DNA of 38,213 nucleotides from an uncultured Lachnospiraceae bacterium (lineage in GTDB: Bacteria; Bacillota; Clostridia; Lachnospirales; Lachnospiraceae): positions 1-38,213 of the forward strand of contig CACZSB010000172.1 in assembly GCA_902783765.1 (NCBI GenBank), given 5' to 3'. The notes under the pieces are model-generated. The model saw only the letters and a list, made by a program, of their open reading frames with translations. It was not told where the DNA came from and searched no databases. The translations under genes were made by a program, and so were the position numbers. Positions 26,699-34,639 of this stretch are shown in pieces (positions within the stretch are counted from its first letter, which is position 1; the number at the start of each line of letters is the position of its first letter).

Positions 26699-27367
26699 TT
26701 ACTTCCGTAGTTTCATTAAGGCATCCGCTGCCGCCGCCTGTTCGGCCTGCTTTTTGCTGCTGCCTGTGCCGGCCCCTATGGGATTTTCCTCCAGAAGGAC
26801 TTCCACTCGAAAGCTTTTTTCATGGACCGGTCCGCTTTCTTCCAGGATCCGATAGCGAAGGGAAACGCTGCCCTGCTGCTGAAGAAGCTCCTGAAGTTCT
26901 GTTTTGGCATCAAAGGTCAGGGGATTATGGTCCATTATGTTCAACACATTATTCTGAACAAAATGCCGGGCCCTGTCTAAGCCCCCGTCCAGGAAAATGG
27001 CACCGATTAACGCTTCCATGGCATCAGCCAGCAGGGAATCCCGATTCCGTCCACCGGATTTTTCCTCGCCCTTGCCCAAATACAGGGCATCCCCCAGATT
27101 TAACCGTCTGGCGCAGGCAGCCAGGGCTGTTTCACAAACCATTTGAGCCCGGTGCCGGGACATTTCCCCCTCACTCATCCGGGGATAATAGCGGTATAAA
27201 TATTCACTGGCACATAATTCCAGCACCGCATCCCCCAGGAATTCCAGTCTCTCATTATGAGCCTGTCCCCGGTTCTCGTTAGAATAAGAGGAATGGCAAA
27301 GGGCCGTCTTCAGCAAGGACTGATTCTGAAAAACAAACCCGATATTAAGCTCTCCGGGATTGGACAT
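26699..27367 (-). CDS. rnc: Ribonuclease III
   Basis: RNase III signature 'NERLEFLGDAVLE' with a C-terminal dsRBD ('GSSKKQAEQAAAADAL'). The start is moved to the ATG at 27367 (MSNPGELNIGF), preceded by AAGGAG. Confidence 0.93.
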   Translation of the reverse strand: MSNPGELNIGFVFQNQSLLKTALCHSSYSNENRGQAHNERLEFLGDAVLELCASEYLYRYYPRMSEGEMSRHRAQMVCETALAACARRLNLGDALYLGKGEEKSGGRNRDSLLADAMEALIGAIFLDGGLDRARHFVQNNVLNIMDHNPLTFDAKTELQELLQQQGSVSLRYRILEESGPVHEKSFRVEVLLEENPIGAGTGSSKKQAEQAAAADALMKLRK

Positions 27368-27392
27368 GGCATCTCCTTTAATACAGAAAAGG

Positions 27393-27428
27393 CCGCGTTC
27401 CCCGGGGAAAGAATCCCCGGGTGCGCGG
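27393..27428 (-). terminator. GC-rich hairpin (partial terminator/attenuator) between acpP and rnc
   Basis: An outer 5-bp stem (27393-27397 with 27424-27428) and an inner 8-bp stem (27401-27408 with 27414-27421) enclose a 5-nt loop. On the minus strand it is preceded by AAAAA and followed by CCTTTTCTG. Confidence 0.45.
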
Positions 27429-27457
27429 TTTTTCATGGAATCGGTCGAGGCAGTTCC

Positions 27458-27685
27458 TTATGCCACGGTCTTCAGCAGATCACAGGCATCCTGTACCGTA
27501 ACGACCTTTTCCAAAGCTTCGTCGGGAATGGATATTCCGAATTCGTCTTCAATGGCGATGACGATTTCCGCGATATCCAGAGAATCCGCATCCAGATCCT
27601 CCCCAAAGGCCTTTTCCGGGGTCACATCTTCCAGATTCAGGTTCAGTACCCGGGCTACAATCTCTCTGATCTTATCCAGTTCCAT
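27458..27685 (-). CDS. acpP: Acyl carrier protein
   Basis: 75 aa with the phosphopantetheine attachment motif 'LDADSLDIAEIV'. Confidence 0.95.
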   Translation of the reverse strand: MELDKIREIVARVLNLNLEDVTPEKAFGEDLDADSLDIAEIVIAIEDEFGISIPDEALEKVVTVQDACDLLKTVA

Positions 27686-27687
27686 TT

Positions 27688-28719
27688 TTACTCCTTTTCT
27701 CCGTCCTCTGTATTGACGGACGTGATGCTTCCTTTTATTTTGTCGGTTAAGCCTGCATCGCTGAAATCAATGCATTGGCCCACCGCGTTACACAATTCTT
27801 TCCAGCCGGAACTGCCGTGGGTTTTTACAATCAGACCGTTCAAGCCCAGCATGGGTGCGCCTCCGTAGGCGCTGGCATCCAGGGTTTTGAACGTATCCTT
27901 CAGGGAACCTTTTACCATCAAGGCGCCTATTTTGGTGGACAGGTTCCGGGTCATGGCTTTCTTTATCATGATGATAAAGGCTGAGGCAGTCCCCTCATAA
28001 AGCTTTAAGGCCACATTGCCCGCGAAGGCTTCGGTAACAATCACGTCCGCAGCCCCGTGGGGAATCTCCCGGGCCTCGATATTGCCGATAAAGTTAATAT
28101 CCTTGCAGGCCTTTAACAGAGGATAGGTCTCCTTTGACAGGGCATTGCCCTTTTCCTCTTCCACCCCGATATTCAAAAGACCCACAGTGGGGGCGGGAAT
28201 ATGCATCATATCCCGCATATACAGGGAGCCCATTTTGGCAAATTGTACCAGATGGGAGGAACGGGCATCCACATTGGCGCCACAGTCCAACAGCAGCGAC
28301 ACCCCTTTCAGCGTGGGCAAAAGGGGCGCCAGAGGCGCACGCTCCACACCGGGCAAACGGCCCACCAGCAGCTGTCCCCCTGCCAAAACCGCTCCGGTGC
28401 TTCCGGAGGAAATAAAGGCATCGGCCTCCCCGCTGCGGATCATTTTCTGGGCAATAACCAGGGAAGAATCCTTCTTTTTCCGAATGGCGTTCACCGGATG
28501 TTCTGCCATTTCGATGATTTCCGTGGCATTAACGGGAATCAGCCTGTCTGCGGGATATGTATAAGCCCCTAAAAGAGGCTTAATAATCGCTTCCTGGCCC
28601 ACCAGCAGAATCCTGGCCCGGGGGTATTTTTCCACTGCGCGAACCGCGGCTTCCACAGGGGCGGCCGGGGCGTTATCTCCGCCGTGGGCATCTAAGGCTA
28701 TGGTTACAAAATCTTTCAT
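27688..28719 (-). CDS. plsX: Phosphate acyltransferase PlsX
   Basis: The motif 'IALDAHGGDNAP' lies near the N-terminus. The start is set at the ATG at 28719 (MKDFVTIALD); the ORF-track start at 28755 is an alternative. Confidence 0.92.
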   Translation of the reverse strand: MKDFVTIALDAHGGDNAPAAPVEAAVRAVEKYPRARILLVGQEAIIKPLLGAYTYPADRLIPVNATEIIEMAEHPVNAIRKKKDSSLVIAQKMIRSGEADAFISSGSTGAVLAGGQLLVGRLPGVERAPLAPLLPTLKGVSLLLDCGANVDARSSHLVQFAKMGSLYMRDMMHIPAPTVGLLNIGVEEEKGNALSKETYPLLKACKDINFIGNIEAREIPHGAADVIVTEAFAGNVALKLYEGTASAFIIMIKKAMTRNLSTKIGALMVKGSLKDTFKTLDASAYGGAPMLGLNGLIVKTHGSSGWKELCNAVGQCIDFSDAGLTDKIKGSITSVNTEDGEKE

Positions 28720-28771
28720 AAAGTCATCAACTCTCCAAGCAGTATGAATATACACAGTTGTATTTTCAAAA

Positions 28772-29086
28772 TCAAGGTATCCCCAAAAAATAAAAGAAAA
28801 TGAGGATCAGCATCATGGCTCCGTTCAGGAGCAGTCCCAATCGGTAATCCGGTCTGGCCTGGCCCTTCAGAATGTATCGGCCATACAGGGGCAGTCCAAA
28901 ACCGGTGAGGGATGCCAGCAGCGCCACCATACCCAGCAGAGCGTCCCTAAGTCCCAGATTTCCGTTCCCTGAGATGGCCTTAATAAATAAATAAAGGGTC
29001 AGGAGCAGGGACAGTACAAAAAGCCCCAGGGAAGCCTGCATATAGGTGATGGAATCCAGCTTGTTTTTCAGGCGCTTTTTATCCAT
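28772..29086 (-). CDS. Small hypothetical membrane protein (three predicted TM helices)
   Basis: 104-aa ORF with three hydrophobic stretches (LGLFVLSLLLTLYLFI, LLGMVALLASLTGFGL, LLLNGAMMLILIFFYFLG). It is packed 3 nt after the HD gene. I recognise no motif. Confidence 0.6.
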   Translation of the reverse strand: MDKKRLKNKLDSITYMQASLGLFVLSLLLTLYLFIKAISGNGNLGLRDALLGMVALLASLTGFGLPLYGRYILKGQARPDYRLGLLLNGAMMLILIFFYFLGIP

Positions 29087-29089
29087 AAA

Positions 29090-29665
29090 TCACATTTCAT
29101 CCAGGGAGCGGCTATAGGGTTCCAGAAACTCTTTCATGAAGATTTCTGCCTCCGGCAGGCTTATTTCCTTTAATTTATCCCGGGTGGCCGTTTCCGCCTT
29201 CATAAATTCCCGGTTGCCGGCCTTTGCTTCCTCCAGGCATTTAATCAATGCAGATAGCTTATCCGCCGCCTTTACCAGTTTCCACAGGGGCTCTTCCGCT
29301 TCCTCCGGACAAAGGAGGGGACGAAAGTCTTCCCGAAGGTCCTCCGGCAATTTGGATAAAAGCTGCTGCGCTGCCTGATCCTCCAGATGACGATAAGCAG
29401 CCCGGATATGTTCGTCATTATACTTGACGGGGGTGGGCATATCTCCGGTGAGAATCTCTGTGGCATCGTGAAACAGTCCCAGCAGTGCAGCCCGTTCCGG
29501 ATTATAATGTCTGCCCAGCCGCCGATTCCCGATCAAAGCCAAGGCATGACATAAAAGGGCTACTTCCTGGGAATGCTCACTGATATTCTCTGTGCGGGAG
29601 TTTCGCATCAGGGACCAGCGGTTGATATATTTCATCCGCCCCAGCATGGCGTAAAAGCTGTACAT
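29090..29665 (-). CDS. HD-domain 5'-deoxynucleotidase (YfbR-like)
   Basis: 191 aa with 'INRWSLMRNSRTENISEHSQEVALLCH' and 'LFHDATEILTGDMPTPVKY', the typical YfbR-family metal ligands. Confidence 0.85.
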   Translation of the reverse strand: MYSFYAMLGRMKYINRWSLMRNSRTENISEHSQEVALLCHALALIGNRRLGRHYNPERAALLGLFHDATEILTGDMPTPVKYNDEHIRAAYRHLEDQAAQQLLSKLPEDLREDFRPLLCPEEAEEPLWKLVKAADKLSALIKCLEEAKAGNREFMKAETATRDKLKEISLPEAEIFMKEFLEPYSRSLDEM

Positions 29666-29667
29666 GA

Positions 29668-32112
29668 TCAGTCCTCCGTCACCTGAGGATAAACATCCAA
29701 AAAGGCCACGTCGTCCATCCAGGTCCAGTACAGACTGTGTCCCCCCACCAGGGTGGAAACATCGATGGTTTTCACATTATAAACCAGGTAATCGCAAAGG
29801 GTGTAGCAGGGAAGCTCCACGGCCCAGGCATTGACCCGGTTCATGATCTGCTTGGCCATGGCGGAAGCCGCCTCCTGATCATCACTGGCCATCATGGAAT
29901 CGAATTCTTTAATCCATTGATCCAGTTCCTCATCCTTAATGCCAAACAAATTGGTATTGGATCCGCTGGCATAGTGGAGGTCGAAATTGGGGCTGCCGAT
30001 GCAGTTCCATGAGGCACACCACAAATCCGCCTCTCCCAGATAAAGGTAAACCAGCATATTTTCGGCACTGCTCACATAGCGCACATCCAGGCTGATACCC
30101 AGCTGATACAGCACGGATTTGGCATAGGCCAAGGCGCTGAAGGAGGGATGCTCATCCTGCAGGGAACCGCTGAGCATAATCTCATAGCGCATGGATGCGC
30201 CCTCCGGGGCCTGGGTGAATTTTCCGGTATTTTCGTTATATGTGTAGCCGGCCGCCATCAGGTACCCTTTCACAGCCTCCAGACAGGCGCTGAAGCGGGA
30301 CATTTCATCATCCTGATAGGTATAAACCAAGCTGCCGTCCGGCGCCGTATCAAAGGCCCGGCTGTCTCCTTCCGGAGTAAGTCCAAAGAAAGGAGAAATG
30401 GGATACTCAATAATATGAACAGAATTCCCAAAGTATTCCCTGAAAGAGGAATCCCGGAAAGCGGAAATGGCAATCAAGAGACCCCGGCGAAGATTCAAGG
30501 ATTCCTGAGAATAGGAGTCATCTCCCACCTTCACCTGATCTGCGCGGATACCGATATAGCTGTATCCCAGATCCAGAATCTCTTCCACATAGAGCTTGTC
30601 TCCCACCAGCGAGCCATTTTCGTTGACGGCGCAGAGAGATTCATAGGTTTGGCGGCTGCCTTCCAGCACCACGATATCCAGGTCTCCCCCACCTACCTGT
30701 TCCTGCACATCCTCTCCGTAAGCCCGGATGGAAAGGAATTCAATATCGGAGGTCTCCTTATAATAATTCTCATTCCGTTTCAGATAGACCGTGACACCGT
30801 CGTAGCCGGAGAACACATAGGGACCGGCCCCCAGGGGCTCCTTTAATGCTTTTTCAGGCACCTGATAATTGCCCCGGACAAAACCGAATTTATGGGCCTC
30901 GTAATCATACAGCAGGGGATCGCCGTAATAATGGAGGGGCACGATAACCATATCAAAGAAATCGTAAATACTGTCTGTGGCCTTGCCGTGGATGCGAAGT
31001 TTTACCGTATAATCCCCCAGGCGGACGATACCGCTGATATAATCCACAGGCTCGCCCCCGGATTCCTGCATCCGGCGATTTAAAAGCATTTCCCTGCAAT
31101 AATCGGCCATGGAAGCGTCAAAAAAGTTTTCATCCACCGCATAGCGCTCCGCCAGGGCTCTGAAATCCAGCCCGTAGCTGGCAATCACATCCTCACAGAC
31201 CTGTTCCAGGGACTTATCCAGCAGATTATAATTCAAATCTCTGCCATAAAGATTATAAAAGAATTCCACGGCGGAATTGCCGTAACCTAAGGCTGCGTAA
31301 GAGGTCCATATATTTTCGCTTTGTTCAGCCTCGGCATGGAGCACATTGGCAATGGTCTGCCGAATATAGGCTTCCATGGTTTCTCCGGGATTAAAGACTT
31401 CTTCCCAGATTTCCTCACTGCTGATTTCTATGGATTCTGCCAGGGAGTTGTTGTAATAATAATTCTTCAGGCCCACCACATCATAGCCCCGCAGGAAGCC
31501 ATCGCCCTGGAAATTGGGCTGCAGGCGGACATAGAGATTGAAAATCAGATCATCCACCGTCAGTTTGACCCCGTCGCTGAAAAAGATGCCGTCCTTCAGC
31601 CGCAGGGTAAAGGAAGTTTCGTCTGCTTCCTCATTGTATTCCACCATAATATCCGCGGGTCCGGTGTACAGATAGCGTTTTCCCTGATAATAACTGTATT
31701 CACCCTCGCTGGCCTGCATAATCACCTTACCGGCCCGATCCCGGGTCAGTAAATTGATGCCCACCAGCTTCATAACGCTTTCGTCTCCCTCACAAAGATT
31801 TTGGAAGGGATCGAATTTACCCTCCAGGCGGGAAACCCCCACCCGAAGCTTGGTGCTGTACTTCAGTTCAGGCGGCTCCGTACCGGTGGTGGTGATTTGC
31901 TCGGTGCTTTCGCTGCTGGCCCCAGGGTCAGTGGAAGAAGGATCGCTCTCCTGGGGAGAAGAACTGCTTGTCTGCCGATTGACCAGCTCCGAAAAATTAA
32001 AAATATCCCCGATCCGGCTGCCACGAATCAGCAGCGCCGCCACTAAGATCAACAACAGACCGCCCAGGGTAGCTGTAATGATTCCCAGAATCTTATTCGT
32101 CTTATGGTTCAT
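29668..32112 (-). CDS. Membrane-anchored extracellular solute-binding protein, family 5 (peptide/nickel type), unusually large (814 aa)
   Basis: An N-terminal TM helix (ILGIITATLGGLLLILVAALLI) has no lipobox Cys. A Ser/Thr/Pro-rich linker follows. SBP_bac_5-like blocks then appear ('LRVGVSRLEGKFDPFQN', 'GAGPYVFSGYDGVTVYLKRNENYYK'). Confidence 0.82.
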   Translation of the reverse strand: MNHKTNKILGIITATLGGLLLILVAALLIRGSRIGDIFNFSELVNRQTSSSSPQESDPSSTDPGASSESTEQITTTGTEPPELKYSTKLRVGVSRLEGKFDPFQNLCEGDESVMKLVGINLLTRDRAGKVIMQASEGEYSYYQGKRYLYTGPADIMVEYNEEADETSFTLRLKDGIFFSDGVKLTVDDLIFNLYVRLQPNFQGDGFLRGYDVVGLKNYYYNNSLAESIEISSEEIWEEVFNPGETMEAYIRQTIANVLHAEAEQSENIWTSYAALGYGNSAVEFFYNLYGRDLNYNLLDKSLEQVCEDVIASYGLDFRALAERYAVDENFFDASMADYCREMLLNRRMQESGGEPVDYISGIVRLGDYTVKLRIHGKATDSIYDFFDMVIVPLHYYGDPLLYDYEAHKFGFVRGNYQVPEKALKEPLGAGPYVFSGYDGVTVYLKRNENYYKETSDIEFLSIRAYGEDVQEQVGGGDLDIVVLEGSRQTYESLCAVNENGSLVGDKLYVEEILDLGYSYIGIRADQVKVGDDSYSQESLNLRRGLLIAISAFRDSSFREYFGNSVHIIEYPISPFFGLTPEGDSRAFDTAPDGSLVYTYQDDEMSRFSACLEAVKGYLMAAGYTYNENTGKFTQAPEGASMRYEIMLSGSLQDEHPSFSALAYAKSVLYQLGISLDVRYVSSAENMLVYLYLGEADLWCASWNCIGSPNFDLHYASGSNTNLFGIKDEELDQWIKEFDSMMASDDQEAASAMAKQIMNRVNAWAVELPCYTLCDYLVYNVKTIDVSTLVGGHSLYWTWMDDVAFLDVYPQVTED

Positions 32113-32183
32113 AAAGATATCCTCATATTTTTGACATTAACAACAGCAGTATCAGTCCTTTCAGACCATACCGGCTCCTGCGT

Positions 32184-32212
32184 ACTATAGCACAAACGGC
32201 TGCTTTCGTCAA
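32184..32212 (-). promoter_or_regulatory. Predicted promoter for the SBP-headed minus-strand operon
   Basis: Minus-strand TTGACG (32212-32207), a 17-nt spacer, then TATAGT (32189-32184) preceded by TGc. It lies about 70 nt upstream of the ATG at 32112. Confidence 0.5.
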
Positions 32213-32275
32213 TTTTAGGAAGGCATGATTCCTCTGGCACGAGGGCTGTTCCTTTCCGTCTTTCTGCGCTTCCGC

Positions 32276-32304
32276 TTGAATCCGCAGCCGGATTAGTGTA
32301 AAAT
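32276..32304 (+). promoter_or_regulatory. Predicted promoter for clpC-radA-chrA-chrA
   Basis: TTGAAT (32276-32281), a 17-nt spacer, then TAAAAT (32299-32304). The leader carries a 7-bp GC hairpin, GGCGGCC-TTG-GGCCGCC (32312-32328), ahead of the AGGAG RBS. Confidence 0.5.
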
Positions 32305-32353
32305 CCATAAAGGCGGCCTTGGGCCGCCCCAATACGATTATTTAGGAGCAGCT

Positions 32354-34639
32354 ATGGATCAATTAAAGCTACCCTTTACCGATGTGGCATCCCGTATTCT
32401 TCGCCGGGCAGCCGTGATCGCCAGGGAATACAACAGCGGTGCAGTCTCCACGGAGCATCTTCTCCTGGCTTTTTTTGATGTTCCCTCTCTGCCCCGGGAG
32501 ATTTTCCGTGGCTTCGGGCTTGAACGGGAGCAGGTGGAAAACCTTCTGCGGGAAATGTTGGGGGCTTATTTCACGCCGGAGCTGGAAACGATGCCAGTGG
32601 AGGGGGACCTCCCCTCTTCTCCTTTGCTGGAAGTGCTGCTGGAGGAGGCCCAGGATATTGCACTTTTACGGAATTCAAAAAAAATAGGCTCCGAAGAGCT
32701 TTTTTCAGTGCTGGTGCAGGATTGGGAGGGCCTTGCCGCCCGAGTCTTGAGCCGCCTGGGTCTGGATCCCTTGGAATTGGAAGAAGCCATGCTCAACTCC
32801 ATGGGGGAGGATCGTTTCAGCATGGAGGAGGCTTTGGCGGAGCCGGAAACCGGCACCGGCACCATTAATCAATTTACCCGGGATCTGACTGCCATGGCCC
32901 AGCGCAATCAGCTGGAACCGGTTATCGGCCGGGAGAAGGAATTGCGGCGGATGATGCAGATTTTAAGCCGTCGCACCAAAAACAATCCCTGTCTTATTGG
33001 GGAACCCGGGGTGGGCAAAACCGCCGTTACGGAAGCTCTGGCTCAAAAAATCGCAGCAGGGGATGTGCCCCCCTTCCTAAAGGGCAAGCGCATCGTATCC
33101 TTAAGCATTGCCAATGTGGTGGCGGGCACCAAATACCGGGGTGAATTTGAGGAAAGAATGAAAAACATTCTGGAAGAGTTTATGGCTCATCCGGAAATTA
33201 TCTTATTTATTGACGAGCTTCACACCCTGATCGGTGCCGGCGGGGCAGAGGGAAGCCTGGATGCGGCCAATATCTTAAAACCGGCCCTGTCCCGGGGAGA
33301 GATCCAAATCATTGGGGCCACCACCCTGGATGAATACCGCAAGCATATTGAAAAGGACAGTGCCTTAAAGCGCCGTTTTCAGTCAGTTTTGATCGATGAA
33401 CCTACCCTGGAGGAAACAGAAGCCATTCTCCGGGGCCGGGCTCCCCTTTTTGAGAGCCATCATAAAATCAAGATATCCGAAGAGGCCATTTCAGCAGCGG
33501 TGAAGCTCTCCCGTCGATACTTAAGCGATCGGCTCTGGCCGGATAAGGCCCTGGATCTTTTGGACGAGGCCTGCGCCGGAGCCCGGATGGAAAACAATCA
33601 GAAAAAGCTTGTATTGACGCCGGCCCATGTGGCCCATACCCTCTCCCTTTGGACCGGGGTTCCTTTGGAGGAGCTCAGCCGGGAGGAAGGCATCCGTTTA
33701 ACGGAGCTGGAGCAGCAGATCCATCAGCGGGTCATAGGCCAGGAGGAGGCGGTTTCTTCCCTGGCCCGGGCCATCCGCCGCAGCCGGGCGGGATTGCGGG
33801 ATCCCCGGAGGCCCATCGGCAGCTTTTTATTCCTTGGGCCCACCGGTGTGGGGAAAACCGAGCTGTCCAAAGCCCTGGCAGAAGCTCTTTTCGGAGATGA
33901 AAAAGCCCTGATTCGCATTGATATGTCAGAATATATGGAAAAACACAGCGTGTCGAAAATCATCGGCTCACCTCCCGGATATGTGGGCTTTGACGACGGA
34001 GGCCAGCTTTCCGAGCAGATCCGCCGAAAACCCTACAGTGTAGTACTGTTTGATGAAATCGAAAAGGCCCATCCCGATGTGTTTCATATATTGCTTCAGA
34101 TTTTGGATGAGGGCCGATTGACGGATTCCAAGGGAAAAATCGTGGATTTCAAAAACACGGTGATTATCATGACCTCCAATGCCGGCGCCCAGCAAATTGT
34201 GGAGCCTAAAACTCTGGGCTTTGGAGCTGCGGAAAGCGACAGCGCCTCCCATGAGCGGATGAAATCCCTGGTGATGGAGGAGGTTCGCCGTCTGTTCAGG
34301 CCGGAGTTTATCAACCGTATCGACGATATCATCGTATTCCGTATGTTAAACCGGGAGGATATCCGTGCTATTCTGGCACTTCAGCTGCGGGATATTGAAA
34401 AACGGATACGGGAAAACAGAAATATACTCATTCATCTGTCGGAAGAAGCCGAAGCCTGGTTTGTGGCCCGGGGATATGAGCCGAAATATGGGGCGCGGCC
34501 TTTAAAACGGCTGCTGCAAAGCGAGCTGGAGGACAAGCTGGCGGATGAGATTCTATCCGCTCGTATTCATGACGGGGACCAGCTCAGTATTGTAATAGAA
34601 GCAGATTGTCCCCAGATTCGAAAAGAAGGGAAGCGCTGA
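32354..34639 (+). CDS. clpC: Class I Clp/Hsp100 AAA+ unfoldase in the ClpC genomic position, with ClpA-like architecture (no middle domain)
   Basis: 761 aa with a Clp_N repeat N-domain, Walker A1 'GEPGVGKTA', Walker A2 'GPTGVGKTE' and a ClpP-docking loop 'LGFG'. I count 279 residues between the two Walker A motifs. Confidence 0.88.
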   Translation: MDQLKLPFTDVASRILRRAAVIAREYNSGAVSTEHLLLAFFDVPSLPREIFRGFGLEREQVENLLREMLGAYFTPELETMPVEGDLPSSPLLEVLLEEAQDIALLRNSKKIGSEELFSVLVQDWEGLAARVLSRLGLDPLELEEAMLNSMGEDRFSMEEALAEPETGTGTINQFTRDLTAMAQRNQLEPVIGREKELRRMMQILSRRTKNNPCLIGEPGVGKTAVTEALAQKIAAGDVPPFLKGKRIVSLSIANVVAGTKYRGEFEERMKNILEEFMAHPEIILFIDELHTLIGAGGAEGSLDAANILKPALSRGEIQIIGATTLDEYRKHIEKDSALKRRFQSVLIDEPTLEETEAILRGRAPLFESHHKIKISEEAISAAVKLSRRYLSDRLWPDKALDLLDEACAGARMENNQKKLVLTPAHVAHTLSLWTGVPLEELSREEGIRLTELEQQIHQRVIGQEEAVSSLARAIRRSRAGLRDPRRPIGSFLFLGPTGVGKTELSKALAEALFGDEKALIRIDMSEYMEKHSVSKIIGSPPGYVGFDDGGQLSEQIRRKPYSVVLFDEIEKAHPDVFHILLQILDEGRLTDSKGKIVDFKNTVIIMTSNAGAQQIVEPKTLGFGAAESDSASHERMKSLVMEEVRRLFRPEFINRIDDIIVFRMLNREDIRAILALQLRDIEKRIRENRNILIHLSEEAEAWFVARGYEPKYGARPLKRLLQSELEDKLADEILSARIHDGDQLSIVIEADCPQIRKEGKR

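Noticed and set aside
26688-26706. 6-bp inverted repeat CGGAAG-N7-CTTCCG overlapping the rnc stop, considered as a terminator
   Set aside because: The stem is too short and no U-run follows. The smc RBS and ATG come immediately after, so read-through is required.
26452-27282. 276-aa plus-strand ORF spanning the smc start, the smc-rnc spacer and most of rnc
   Set aside because: It is antisense to two confidently identified genes. The product is Pro/Arg/Ser-rich and low-complexity with no motif. This is a typical shadow ORF in GC-rich coding DNA.
32123-32332. 69-aa minus-strand ORF filling the SBP-clpC intergenic region
   Set aside because: It would overlap both predicted divergent promoters and the SBP leader. 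It has no RBS and no motif, and the region is better explained as regulatory DNA.
32113-32353. The divergent strand switch as a possible replication origin
   Set aside because: I found no cluster of TTATCCACA-like DnaA boxes and no AT-rich unwinding element, and dnaA and dnaN are not nearby. Two ordinary divergent promoters account for the spacer.
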